DNA of 64,000 nt from the NCBI GenBank assembly GCA_040954595.2, contig CM082579.2:11657834-11721833 (forward strand). Reading direction: 5' to 3'. Below the pieces are notes generated by a model. The model saw nothing but the letters and a program-made list of their open reading frames with translations, ran no database searches and was not told the origin of the DNA. Source of the stretch: Balanoglossus misakiensis (lineage: Eukaryota > Animalia > Hemichordata). Positions 29,131 through 42,600 of the stretch are shown piece by piece (positions within the stretch are counted from its first letter, which is position 1; every line of letters starts with the position of its first letter). Made by a program: the position numbers and the translations under genes.

Positions 29131-30656
29131 ATGTTTACATAAGTTCCTGACCTGAGAAAGTTTTTGTCGGAAAGAGGTATAACTTGCTGTAATACCAGGA
29201 AAGATAGACTAATTCAGGTAGTGGAGTTAGCCATAGAACTGGACGTTCGGCCACTAGAGCCTGGTGACCAGGAATTTTCGAGCAAAAAAAGGCGGACGGT
29301 AGCAGACAATCGCGACCCAGCCAAAAGCAATTCTACATCACTTTGCCTGATCCGGCGACGATCACCGAGTGGGTCAGCGACCTCCATTCTCTTCTGAGGC
29401 TGTAATTGTGTTGCGTAAGTATTTTTTTATATAAATTTTATCATTTTAATCCACTGTGCCTTTTAGTTCTACCAGTGTGACTAGGTATATAGAAATGGTT
29501 GGTTGAAATAACCATGGTTGTACAATGTATTTTGACATTTGTTTTTTTAGTTCGGTTTGCTTTATCTGTGTGTTTGGATGAGAAAACTGTCAGTAGAGTC
29601 TGACAGAATTGTCTATGTTTTTCCAACAGTATCTGTTGACTAATTTAAAGTGCTGATGAGGACTGTAAATCAGGATTTGCAAAATTAGATAATATTTGAA
29701 AATAGTTAATATGATTTCATTCTCCATTTGATGCATTGACGTTTTAGGTTTGAATACCTCAGTATTCACTTGACAGTCACAGAGAGGCATAAACAAAAAA
29801 GCTGCAATCATGCGTTAACATTTACCATGTATCTGAATTTTTTTTACAGTGAGCATGAAACATGCAAACATTGTGTTGCATTGTTGTTTAGCATCAACGA
29901 CTTCGATAGACGCCACAAAGACAGAAATATTCAAGTTGGTACTGATGTTCCCTGTAAGTGGGATAAACCCAGCAAAGAGTCCACTCCAATGGAAATAGAT
30001 GAGCTTGACATTAGAAAGGATAAGTCTGAACCTGACACACCAAGACCAACTATTATCCAGGTGCCCTTTGATGTCCCACAACATTCACATGATACCCTCC
30101 CATCAGGACTTGAACTAAGATATGGCTTGTCAGAACTGATGACTAAGCCAACATCTTGAAATTTCACTTTCCGGTGCAACTTTTTGTATTGCTCATGATA
30201 TAAATGCTTAGCAACAGGTTCATGTTTAATACCACAATCAATGTGGGTTGAAAGTATTGTCCTGTGACTGCCAGACATAATGTTTTGGACTATGTAGTTA
30301 TTCAAATCCCGAGTTTCTTACATGTGAAGGATATCATGTGCAATACTGGCAGTAACGCTCCCTTGTCTAAACAAATACCAATCCTCATAATCTCTTTGAT
30401 CAGCTGTCAGTGATGACATAAAATCAATATCAGGTTCTGACACAGATTCTCCAATATAGCTAGTAAAATCACTATCATTGCCAGCTTTAAATGTGTGAAA
30501 TCAAATGTTCCAGCAAACACCGCAATATATTCCCATGTGATATATCAAGCCAAGAGTTCCCAAATACCATGTATTTTTGGATGTAGATGGCAAAGTGTGT
30601 TTGAGGAGGACATCAGAATGGTATACCCAAATACAAATGCAACTTGCTACTTGTAT
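29131..30656 (+). pseudogene. Decayed SWIM-finger plus YqaJ/lambda-type exonuclease gene (accessory ORF type of ISL2EU/Kolobok-like transposons) with an internally inverted segment
   Basis: N-terminal VPDLRKFLSERG..RKDRL; SWIM-like ETCKHCVALLF..TDVPCKWDKP. Minus strand 30493-30058 reads TADQ..WYLFRQGSVTAS..GIKHEPVA..GLVISSDKPYLSSSPDG..CECCG. Plus strand from 30494 reads EIKC..WYTQIQMQL. Contains in-frame stops and a frameshift. Confidence 0.75.
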
Positions 30657-33600
30657 AGGTCACCACTTCATAAGTGGTCTTACCCGTCATTGGCACAAAC
30701 AGACTCAGGAAGTAAGCTTTAAGCCTACCAATGTAGCTATTATATTTTCCACTTTTTGTAAGTGAAGCCTGGCTGTCGCCTGTCTTATGTCACGACTTCA
30801 TAAGCGGTCTTATCCGTCATTGGCACAAACAGTCTCAGGAAGTAAGCTTTCAGCCTACCAATGTAGCTGGTATATTTTCCACTTTTTGTAAGTGAAGCCT
30901 GACTGTCGCCTGTCTTAGGTCACCACTTCATAAGCGGTCTTACCCGTCATTGGCACAAACAGTCTCAGGAAGTAAGCTTTCAGCTTACCAATGTAGCTAT
31001 TATATTTTCCACTTTTTGTAAGTGAAGCCTGACTGTCGCCTGTCTTAGGTCACCACTTCATAAGCGGTCTTACCCGTCAATGGCACAAACAGTCTCAGGA
31101 AGTAAGCTTTCAGCCTACCAATGTAGCTATTATATTTTCCACTTTTTGTAAGTGAAGCCTGACTGTCGCCTGTCTTAGGTCACCACTTTATAAGCGGTCT
31201 TACCCGTCATTGGCCCAAACAGTCTCAGGAAGTAAGCTTTCAGCCTACCAATGTAGCTATTATATTTTCCACTTTTTGTAAGTGAAGCCTGGCTGTCGCC
31301 TGTCTTAGGTCACCACTTCATAAGCGGTCTTATCCGTCATTGGCACAAACAGTCTCAGGAAGTAAGCCTACCAATGTAGCTATTATATTTTCCACTTTTT
31401 GTAAGTGAAGCCTGACTGTCGCCTGTCTTAGGTCACCACTTCATAAGCGGTCTTACCCGTCATTGGCCCAAACAGTCTCAGGAAGTAAGCTTTCAGCCTA
31501 CCAATGTAGCTATTATATTTTCCACTTTTTGTAAGTGAAGCCTGACTGTCGCCTGTCTTAGGTCACCACTTCATAAGCCGTCTTACCCGTCATTGGCCCA
31601 AACAGTCTCAGGAAGTAAGCTTTCAGCCTACCAATGTAGCTATTATATTTTCCACTTTTTGTAAGTGAAGCCTGACTGTCGCCTGTCTTAGGTCACCACT
31701 TCATAAGCGGTCTTACCCGTCATTGGCCCAAACAGTCCCAGGAAGTAAGCTTTCAGCCTACCAATGTAGTTATTATATTTTCCACTTTTTGTAAGTGAAG
31801 CCTGACTGTCGCCTGTCTTAGGTCACCACTTCATAAGCGGTCTTACCCGTCATTGGCCCAAACAGTCTCAGGAAGTAAGCTTTCAGCCTACCAATGTAGC
31901 TATTATATTTTCCACTTTTTGTAAGTGAAGCCTGACTGTCGCCTGTCTTAGGTCACCACTTCATAAGCGGTCTTACCCGTCATTGGCCCAAACAGTCTCA
32001 GGAAGTGAGCTTTCAGCCTACCAATGTAGCTATTGTATTTTCCACTTTTTGTAAGTGAAGCCTGACTGTCGCCTGTCTTAGGTCACCACTTCATAAGCGG
32101 TCTTACCCGTCATTGGCCCAAACAGTCCCAGGAAGTGAGCTTTCAGCCTACCAATGTAGCTATTGTATTTTCCACTTTTTGTAAGTGAAGCCTGACTGTC
32201 GCCTGTCTTAGGTCACCACTTCATAAGCGGTTTTACCCGTCATTGGCCCAAACAGTCCCAGGAAGTAAGCTTTCAGCCTACCAATGTAGCTATTATACTT
32301 TCCACTTTTTGTAAGTGAAGCCTGACTGTCGCCTGTCTTAGGTCACCACTTCATAAGCGGTCTTACCCGTCATTGGCCCAAACAGTCTCAGGAAGTAAGC
32401 TTTCAGCCTACCAATGTAGCTATTATATTTTCCACTTTTTGTAAGTGAAGCCTGACTGTCGCCTGTCTTAGGTCACCACTTCATAAGCGGTCTTACCCGT
32501 CATTGGCCCAAACAGTCTCAGGAAGTAAGCTTTCAGCCTACCAATGTAGCTATTATATTTTCCACTTTTTGTAAGTGAAGCCTGACTGTCGCCTGTCTTA
32601 GGTCACCACTTCATAAGCGGTCTTACCGGTCATTGGCCCAAACAGTCTCAGGAAGTAAGCTTTCAGCCTACCAATGTAGCTATTATATTTTCCACTTTTT
32701 GTAAGTGAAGCCTGACTGTCCCCTGTCTTATGTCACCACTTCATAAGCTGTCTAACCCGTCATTGGCCCAAACAGTCTCAGGAAGTAAGCTTTCAGCCTA
32801 CCAATGTAGCTATTATATTTTCTACTTTTTGTAAGTGAAGCCTGACTGTCGCCTGTCTTAGGTCACCACTTCATAAGCGGTCTTACCCGTCATTGGCCCA
32901 AACAGTCTCAGGAAGTAAGCTTTCAGCCTACCAATGTAGCTATTATATTTTCCACTTTTTGTAAGTGAAGCCTGACTGTCGCCTGTCTTAGGTCACCACT
33001 TCATAAGCGGTCTTACCCGTCATTGGCCCAAACAGTCTCAGGAAGTAAGCTTTCAGCCTACCAATGTAGCTATTATATTTTCCACTTTTTGTAAGTGAAG
33101 CCTGACTGTCGCCTGTCTTAGGTCACCACTTCATAAGCGGTCTTACCCGTCATTGGCCCAAACAGTCTCAGGAAGTAAGCTTTCAGCCTACCAATGTAGC
33201 TATTATATTTTCCACTTTTTGTAAGTGAAGCCTGACTGTCGCTTGTCTTAGGTCACCACTTCATAAGCGGTCTTACCCGTCATTGGCCCAAACAGTCTCA
33301 GGAAGTAAGCTTTCAGCCTACCAATGTAGCTATTATATTTTCCACTTCTTGTAAGTGAAGCCTGACTGTCGCCTGTCTTAGGTCACCACTTCATAAGCGT
33401 TCTTACCCGTCATTGGCCCAAACAGTCTCAGGAAGTAAGCTTTCAGCCTACCAATGTAGCTATTATATTTTCCACTTTTTGTAAGTGAAGCCTGACTGTC
33501 GCCTGTCTTAGGTCCCACTTCATAAGCGGTCTTACCCGTCATTGGACCAAACAGTCTCAGGAAGTAAGCTTTCAGCCTACCAATGTAGCTATTATATTTT

Positions 33601-36600
33601 CCACTTTTTGTAAGTGAAGCCTGACTGTCGCCTGTCTTAGGTCACCACTTCATAAGCGGTCTTACCCGTCATTGGCCCAAACAGTCTCAAGAAGTGAGCT
33701 TTCAGCCTACCAATGTAGCTATTATATTTTCCACTTTTTGTAAGTGAAGCCTGACTGTCGCCTGTCTTAGGTCACCACTTCATAAGCGGTCTTACCCGTC
33801 ATTGGCCCAAACAGTCTCAGGAAGTGAGCTTTCAGCCTACCAATGTAGCTATTGTATTTTCCACTTTTTGTAAGTGAAGCCTGACTGTCGCCTGTCTTAG
33901 GTCACCACTTCATAAGCGGTCTTACCCGTCATTGGCCCAAACAGTCTCAGGAAGTAAGCTTTCAGCCTACCAATGTAGCTATTATATTTTCCACTTTTTG
34001 TAAGTGAAGCCTGATTGTCGCTTGTCTTAGGTCACCACTTCATAAGCGGTCTTACCCGTCATTGGCCCAAACAGTCTCAGGAAGTAAGCTTTCAGCCTAC
34101 CAATGTAGCTATTATATTTTCCACTTCTTGTAAGTGAAGCCTGACTGTCGCCTGTCTTAGGTCACCACTTCATAAGCGTTCTTACCCGTCATTGGCCCAA
34201 ACAGTCCCAGGAAGTAAGCTTTCAGCCTACCAATGTAGCTATTATATTTTCCACTTCTTGTAAGTGAAGCCTGACTGTCGCCTGTCTTAGGTCACCACTT
34301 CATAAGCGGTCTTACCCGTCATTGGCCCAAACAGTCTCAGGAAGTAAGCTTTCAGCCTACCAATGTAGCTATTATATTTTCCACTTTTTGTAAGTGAAGC
34401 CTGACTGTCGCCTGTCTTAGGTCACCACTTCATAAGCGGTCTTACCCGTCATTGGCCCAAACAGTCTCAGGAAGTAAGCTTTCAGCCTACCAATGTAGCT
34501 ATTATATTTTCCACTTTTTGTAAGTGAAGCCTGACTGTCCCCTGTCTTATGTCACCACTTCATAAGCTGTCTAACCCGTCATTGGCCCAAACAGTCTCAG
34601 GAAGTAAGCTTTCAGCCTACCAATGTAGCTATTATATTTTCCACTTTTTGTAAGTGAAGCCTGACTGTCGCCTGTCTTAGGTCACCACTTCATAAGCGGT
34701 CTTACCCGTCATTGGCCCAAACAGTCTCAGGAAGTGAGCTTTCAGCCTACCAATGTAGCTATTATATTTTCCACTTTTTGTAAGTGAAGCCTGACTGTCG
34801 CCTGTCTTAGGTCACCACTTCATAAGCGGTCTTACCCGTCATTGGCCCAAACAGTCTCAGGAAGTAAGCTTTCAGCCTACCAATGTAGCTATTATATTTT
34901 CCACTTTTTGTAAGTGAAGCCTGACTGTCGCCTGTCTTAGGTCACCACTTCATAAGCGGTCTTACCCGTCATTGGCCCAAACAGTCTCAGGAAGTAAGCT
35001 TTCAGCCTACCAATGTAGCTATTATATTTTCGACTTTTTGTAAGTGAAGCCTGACTGTCGCCTGTCTTAGGTCACCACTTCATAAGCGGTCTTACCCGTC
35101 ATTGGCCCAAACAGTCTCAGGAAGTGAGCTTTCAGCCTACCAATGTAGCTATTATATTTTCGACTTTTTGTAAGTGAAGCCTGACTGTCGCCTGTCTTAG
35201 GTCACCACTTCATAAGCGGTCTTACCCGTCATTGGCCCAAACAGTCTCAGGAAGTGAGCTTTCAGCCTACCAATGTAGCTATTGTATTTTCCACTTTTTG
35301 TAAGTGAAGCCTGACTGTCGCCTGTCTTAGGTCACCACTTCATAAGCGGTCTTACCCGTCATTGGCCCAAACAGTCTCAGGAAGTAAGCTTTCAGCCTAC
35401 CAATGTAGCTATTATATTTTCCACTTTTTGTAAGTGAAGCCTGACTGTCGCTTGTCTTAGGTCACCACTTCATAAGCGGTCTTACCCGTCATTGGCCCAA
35501 ACAGTCTCAGGAAGTAAGCTTTCAGCCTACCAATGTAGCTATTATATTTTCCACTTTTTGTAAGTGAAGCCTGACTGTCGCCTGTCTTAGGTCACCACTT
35601 CATAAGCGGTCTTACCCGTCATTGGCCCAAACAGTCTCAGGAAGTAAGCTTTCAGCCTACCAATGTAGCTATTATATTTTCCACTTTTTGTAAGTGAAGC
35701 CTGACTGTCGCCTGTCTTAGGTCACCACTTCATAAGCGGTCTTACCCGTCATTGGCCCAAACAGTCCCAGGAAGTAAGCTTTCAGCCTACCAATGTAGCT
35801 ATTATATTTTCCACTTTTTGTAAGTGAAGCCTGACTGTCGCCTGTCTTAGGTTACCACTTCATAAGCTGTCTAACCCGTCATTGGCCCAAACAGTCTCAG
35901 GAAGTAAGCTTTCAGCCTACCAATGTAGCTATTATATTTTCCACTTTTTGTAAGTGAAGCCTGACTGTCGCCTGTCTTAGGTCACCACTTCATAAGCGGT
36001 CTTACCCGTCATTGGCCCAAACAGTCTCAGGAAGTAAGCTTTCAGCCTACCAATGTAGCTATTATATTTTCCACTTTTTGTAAGTGAAGCCTGACTGTCG
36101 CCTGTCTTAGGTCACCACTTCATAAGCGGTCTTACCCGTCATTGGCCCAAACAGTCTCAGGAAGTAAGCTTTCAGCCTACCAATGTAGCTATTATATTTT
36201 CCACTTTTTGTAAGTGAAGCCTGACTGTCGCCTGTCTTAGGTCACCACTTCATAAGCGGTCTTACCCGTCATTGGCCCAAACAGTCTCAGGAAGTAAGCT
36301 TTCAGCCTACCAATGTAGCTATTATATTTTCCACTTTTTGTAAGTGAAGCCTGACTGTCGCCTGTCTTAGGTCACCACTTCATAAGCGGTCTTACCCGTC
36401 ATTGGCCCAAACAGTCTCAGGAAGTAAGCTTTCAGCCTACCAATGTAGCTATTATATTTTCCACTTTTTGTAAGTGAAGCCTGACTGTCGCCTGTCTTAG
36501 GTCACCACTTCATAAGCGGTCTTACCCGTCATTGGCCCAAACAGTCTCAGGAAGTAAGCTTTCAGCCTACCAATGTAGCTATTATATTTTCCACTTTTTG

Positions 36601-39600
36601 TAAGTGAAGCCTGACTGTCGGCTGTCTTAGGTCACCACTTCATAAGCGGTCTTACCCGTCATTGGCCCAAACAGTCTCAGGAAGTAAGCTTTCAGCCTAC
36701 CAATGTAGCTGTTATATTTTCCACTTTTTGTAAGTGAAGCCTGACTGTCGCCTGTCTTAGGTCACCACTTCATAAGCGGTCTTACCCGTCATTGGCCCAA
36801 ACAGTCTCAGGAAGTAAGCTTTCAGCCTACCAATGTAGCTATTATATTTTCCACTTTTTGTAAGTGAAGCCTGACTGTCGCCTGTCTTAGGTCACCACTT
36901 CATAAGCGGTCTTACCCGTCATTGGCCCAAACAGTCTCAGGAAGTGAGCTTTCAGCCTACCAATGTAGCTATTATATTTTCCACTTTTTGTAAGTGAAGC
37001 CTGACTGTCGCCTGTCTTAGGTCACCACTTCATAAGCGGTCTTACCCGTCATTGGCCCAAACAGTCTCAGGAAGTAAGCTTTCAGCCTACCAATGTAGCT
37101 ATTATATTTTCCACTTTTTGTAAGTGAAGCCTGACTGTCGCCTGTCTTAGGTCACCACTTCATAAGCGGTCTTACCCGTCATTGGGCCAAACAGTCCCAG
37201 GAAGTAAGCTTTCAGCCTACCAATGTAGCTATTATATTTTCCACTTTTTGTAAGTAAAGCCTGACTGTCGCCTGTCTTAGGTCACCACTTCATAAGAGGT
37301 CTTACCCGTCATTGGCCCAAACAGTCCCAGGAAGTAAGCTTTCAGCCTACCAATGTAGCTATTATATTTTCCACTTTTTGTAAGTGAAGCCTGACTGTCG
37401 CCTGTCTTAGGTCACCACTTCATAAGCAGTCTTACCCGTCATTGGCCCAAACAGTCTCAGGAAGTAAGCTTTCAGCCTACCAATGTAGCTATTATATTTT
37501 CCACTTTTTGTAAGTGAAGCCTGACTGTCGCCTGTCTTAGGTCACCACTTCATAAGCGGTCTTACCCGTCATTGGCCCAAACAGTCTCAGGAAGTAAGCT
37601 TTCAGCCTACCAATGTAGCTATTATATTTTCCACTTTTTGTAAGTGAAGCCTGACTGTCGCCTGTCTTAGGTAACCACTTCATAAGCGGTCTTACCCGTC
37701 ATTGGCCCAAACAGTCCCAGGAAGTAAGCTTTCAGCCTACCAATGTAGCTATTATATTTTCCACTTTTTGTAAGTGAAGCCTGACTGTCGCCTGTCTTAG
37801 GTTACCACTTCATAAGAGGTCTTACCCTTCATTGGCCCAAACAGTCTCAGGAAGTAAGCTTTCAGCCTACCAATGTAGCTATTATATTTTCCACTTTTTG
37901 TAAGTGAAGCCTGACTGTCGCCTGTCTTAGGTCACCACTTCATAAGCGGTCTTACCCGTCATTGGCCCAAACAGTCTCAGGAAGTAAGCTTTCAGCCTAC
38001 CAATTTAGCTATTATATTTTCCACTTTTTGTAAGTGAAGCCTGACTGTCGCCGGTCTTAGGTCACCACTTCATAAGCGGTCTTACCCGTCATTGGCCCAA
38101 ACAGTCTCAGGAAGTAAGCTTTCAGCCTACCAATGTAGCTATTATATTTTCCACTTTTTGTAAGTGAAGCCTGACTGTCGCCTGTCTTAGGTCACCACTT
38201 CATAAGCGGTCTTACCCGTCATTGGCCCAAACAGTCTCAGGAAGTAAGCTTTCAGCCTACCAATGTAGCTATTATATTTTCCACTTTTTGTAAGTGAAGC
38301 CTGACTGTCGCCTGTCTTAGGTCACCACTTCATAAGCGGTCTTACCCGTCATTGGCCCAAACAGTCTCAGGAAGTGAGCTTTCAGCCTACCAATGTAGCT
38401 ATTATATTTTCCACTTTTTGTAAGTGAAGCCTGACTGTCGCCTGTCTTAGGTCACCACTTCATAAGCGGTCTTACCCGTCATTGGCCCAAACAGTCTCAG
38501 GAAGTGAGCTTTCAGCCTACCAATGTAGCTATTATATTTTCCACTTTTTGTAAGTGAAGCCTGACTGTCGGCTGTCTTAGGTCACCACTTCATAAGCGGT
38601 CTTACCCGTCATTGGCCCAAACAGTCTCAGGAAGTGAGCTTTCAGCCTACCAATGTAGCTATTATATTTTCTACTTTTTGTAAGTGAAGCCTGACTGTCG
38701 CCTGTCTTAGGTCACCACTTCATAAGCGGTCTTACCCGTCATAGGCCCAAACAGTCTCAGGAAGTAAGCTTTCAGCCTACCAATGTAGCTATTATATTTT
38801 CCACTTTTTGTAAGTGAAGCCTGACTGTCGCCTGTCTTAGGTCACCACTTCATAAGCGGTCTTACCCGTCATTGGCCCAAACAGTCTCAGGAAGTTAGCT
38901 TTCAGCATACCAATGTAGCTATTATATTTTCCACTTTTTGTAAGTGAAGCCTGACTGTCGCCTGTCTTAGGTCACCACTTCATAAGCGGTCTTACCCGTC
39001 ATTGGCCCAAACAGTCTCAGGAAGTAAGCTTTCAGCCTACCAATGTAGCTATTATATTTTCCACTTTTTGTAAGTGAAGCCTGACTGTCGCCTGTCTTAG
39101 GTCACCACTTCATAAGCGGTCTTACCCGTCATTGGCCCAAACAGTCTCAGGAAGTAAGCTTTCAGCCTACCAATGTAGCTATTATATTTTCCACTTTTTG
39201 TAAGTGAAGCCTGATTGTCGCCTGTCTTAGGTCACCACTTCATAAGCGGTCTTACCCGTCATTGGCCCAAACAGTCTCAGGAAGTAAGCTTTCAGCCTAC
39301 CAATGTAGCTATTATATTTTCCACTTTTTGTAAGTGAAGCCTGACTGTCGCCTGTCTTAGGTCACCACTTCATAAGCGGTCTTACCCGTCATTGGCCCAA
39401 ACAGTCTCAGGAAGTAAGCTTTCAGCCTACCAATGTAGCTATTATATTTTCCACTTTTTGTAAGTGAAGCCTGACTGTCGCCTGTCTTAGGTCACCACTT
39501 CATAAGCGGTCTTACCCGTCATTGGCCCAAACAGTCCCAGGAAGTAAGCTTTCAGCCTACCAATGTAGCTATTATATTTTCCACTTTTTGTAAGTGAAGC

Positions 39601-42600
39601 CTGACTGTCGCCTGTCTTAGGTCACCACTTCATAAGAGGTCTTACCCGTCATTGGCCCAAACAGTCCCAGGAAGTAAGCTTTCAGCCTACCAATGTAGCT
39701 ATTATATTTTCCACTTTTTGTAAGTGAAGCCTGACTGTCGCCTGTCTTAGGTCACCACTTCATAAGCGGTCTTACCCGTCATTGGCCCAAACAGTCTCAG
39801 GAAGTAAGCTTTCAGCCTACCAATGTAGCTATTATATTTTCCACTTTTTGTAAGTGAAGCCTGACTGTCGCCTGTCTTAGGTCACCACTTCATAAGCGGT
39901 CTTACCCGTCATTGGCCCAAACAGTCCCAGGAAGTAAGCTTTCAGCCTACCAATGTAGCTATTATATTTTCTACTTTTTGTAAGTGAAGCCTGACTGTCG
40001 CCTGTCTTAGGTCACCACTTCATAAGCGGTCTTACCCGTCATTGGCCCAAACAGTCTCAGGAAGTAAGCTTTCAGCCTACCAATGTAGCTATTATATTTT
40101 CCACTTTTTGTAAGTGAAGCCTGACTGTCGCCTGTCTTAGGTCACCACTTCATAAGCGGTCTTACCCGTCATTGGCCCAAACAGTCTCAGGAAGTGAGCT
40201 TTCAGCCTACCAATGTAGCTATTATATTTTCCACTTTTTGTAAGTGAAGCCTGACTGTCGCCTGTCTTAGGTCACCACTTCATAAGCGGTCTTACCCGTC
40301 ATTGGCCCAAACAGTCTCAGGAAGTGAGCTTTCAGCCTACCAATGTAGCTATTATATTTTCCACTTTTTGTAAGTGAAGCCTGACTGTCGCCTGTCTTAG
40401 GTCACCACTTCATAAGCGGTCTTACCCGTCATTGGCCCAAACAGTCTCAGGAAGTGAGCTTTCAGCCTACCAATGTAGCTATTATATTTTCCACTTTTTG
40501 TAAGTGAAGCCTGACTGTCGCCTGTCTTAGGTCACCACTTCATAAGCGGTCTTACCCGTCATAGGCCCAAACAGTCTCAGGAAGTAAGCTTTCAGCCTAC
40601 CAATGTAGCTATTACATTTTCCACTTTTTGTAAGTGAAGCCTGACTGTCGCCTGTCTTAGGTCACCACTTCATAAGCGGTCTTACCCGTCATTGGCCCAA
40701 ACAGTCTCAGGAAGTGAGCTTTCAGCCTACCAATGTAGCTATTATATTTTCCACTTTTTGTAAGTGAAGCCTGACTGTCGCCTGTCTTAGGTCACCACTT
40801 CATAAGCGGTCTTACCCGTCATAGGCCCAAACAGTCTCAGGAAGTAAGCTTTCAGCCTACCAATGTAGCTATTACATTTTCCACTTTTTGTAAGTGAAGC
40901 CTGACTGTCGCCTGTCTTAGGTCACCACTTCATAAGCGGTCTTACCCGTCATTGGCCCAAACAGTCTCAGGAAGTAAGCTTTCAGCCTACCAATGTAGCT
41001 ATTATATTTTCCACTTTTTGTAAGTGAAGCCTGACTGTCGCCTGTCTTAGGTCACCACTTCATAAGCGGTCTTACCCTTCATTGGCCCAAACAGTCTCAG
41101 GAAGTAAGCTTTCAGCCTACCAATGTAGCTATTATATTTTCCACTTTTTGTAAGTGAAGCCTGACTGTCGCCTGTCTTAGGTCACCACTTCATAAGCGGT
41201 CTTACCCGTCATTGGCCCAAACAGTCTCAGGAAGTAAGCTTTCAGCCTACCAATGTAGCTATTATATTTTCCACTTTTTGTAAGTGAAGCCTGACTGTCG
41301 CCTGTCTTAGGTCACCACTTCATAAGCGGTCTTACCCGTCATTGGCCCAAACAGTCTCAGGAAGTAAGCTTTCAGCCTACCAATGTAGCTATTATATTTT
41401 CCACTTTTTGTAAGTAAAGCCTGACTGTCGCCTGTCTTAGGTCACCACTTCATAAGAGGTCTTACCCGTCATTGGCCCAAACAGTCCCAGGAAGTAAGCT
41501 TTCAGCCTACCAATGTAGCTATTATATTTTCCACTTTTTGTAAGTGAAGCCTGACTGTCACCTGTCTTAGGTCACCACTTCATAAGCGGTCTTACCCGTC
41601 ATTGGCCCAAACAGTCCCAGGAAGTAAGCTTTCAGCCTACCAATGTAGCTATTATATTTTCCACTTTTTGTAAGTGAAGCCTGACTGTCGCCTGTCTTAG
41701 GTCACCACTTCATAAGCGGTCTTACCCGTCATTGGCCCAAACAGTCTTAGGAAGTAAGCTTTCAGCCTACCAATGTAGCTATTATATTTTCCACTTTTTG
41801 TAAGTTAACCCTGACTGTCGCCTGTCTTAGGTCACCACTTCATAAGCGGTCTTACCCGTCATTGGCCCAAACAGTCCCAGGAAGTAAGCTTTCAGCCTAC
41901 CAATGTAGCTATTATATTTTCCACTTTTTGTAAGTGAAGCCTGACTGTCGCCTGTCTTAGGTCACCACTTCATAAGCGGTCTTACCCGTCATTGGCCCAA
42001 ACAGTCTCAGGAAGTAAGCTTTCAGCCTACCAATGTAGCTATTATATTTTCCACTTTTTGTAAGTGAAGCCTGACTGTCGCCTGTCTTAGGTCACCACTT
42101 CATAAGCGGTCTTACCCGTCATTGGCCCAAACAGTCTCAGGAAGTAAGCTTTCAGCCTACCAATGTAGCTATTATATTTTCCACTTTTTGTAAGTGAAGC
42201 CTGACTGTCGCCTGTCTTAGGTCACCACTTCATAAGCGGTCTTACCCGTCATTGGCCCAAACAGTCCCAGGAAGTAAGCTTTCAGCCTACCAATGTAGCT
42301 ATTATATTTTCCACTTTTTGTAAGTGAAGCCTGACTGTCGCCTGTCTTAGGTCACCACTTCATAAGCGGTCTTACCCGTCATTGGCCCAAACAGTCCCAG
42401 GAAGTAAGCTTTCAGCCTACCAATGTAGCTATTATATTTTCCACTTTTTGTAAGTGAAGCCTGACTGTCGCCTGTCTTAGGTTACCACTTCATAAGAGGT
42501 CTTACCCGTCATTGGCCCAAACAGTCTTAGGAAGTAAGCTTTCAGACTACCAATGTAGCTATTATATTTTCCACTTTTTGTAAGTGAAGCCTGACTGTCG

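Noticed and set aside
25668-30656. Treating the DDE transposase and the YqaJ pseudogene as one element
   Set aside because: YqaJ ORFs normally pair with other transposase types, the decay states differ, other insertions lie between them, and no shared termini were found.
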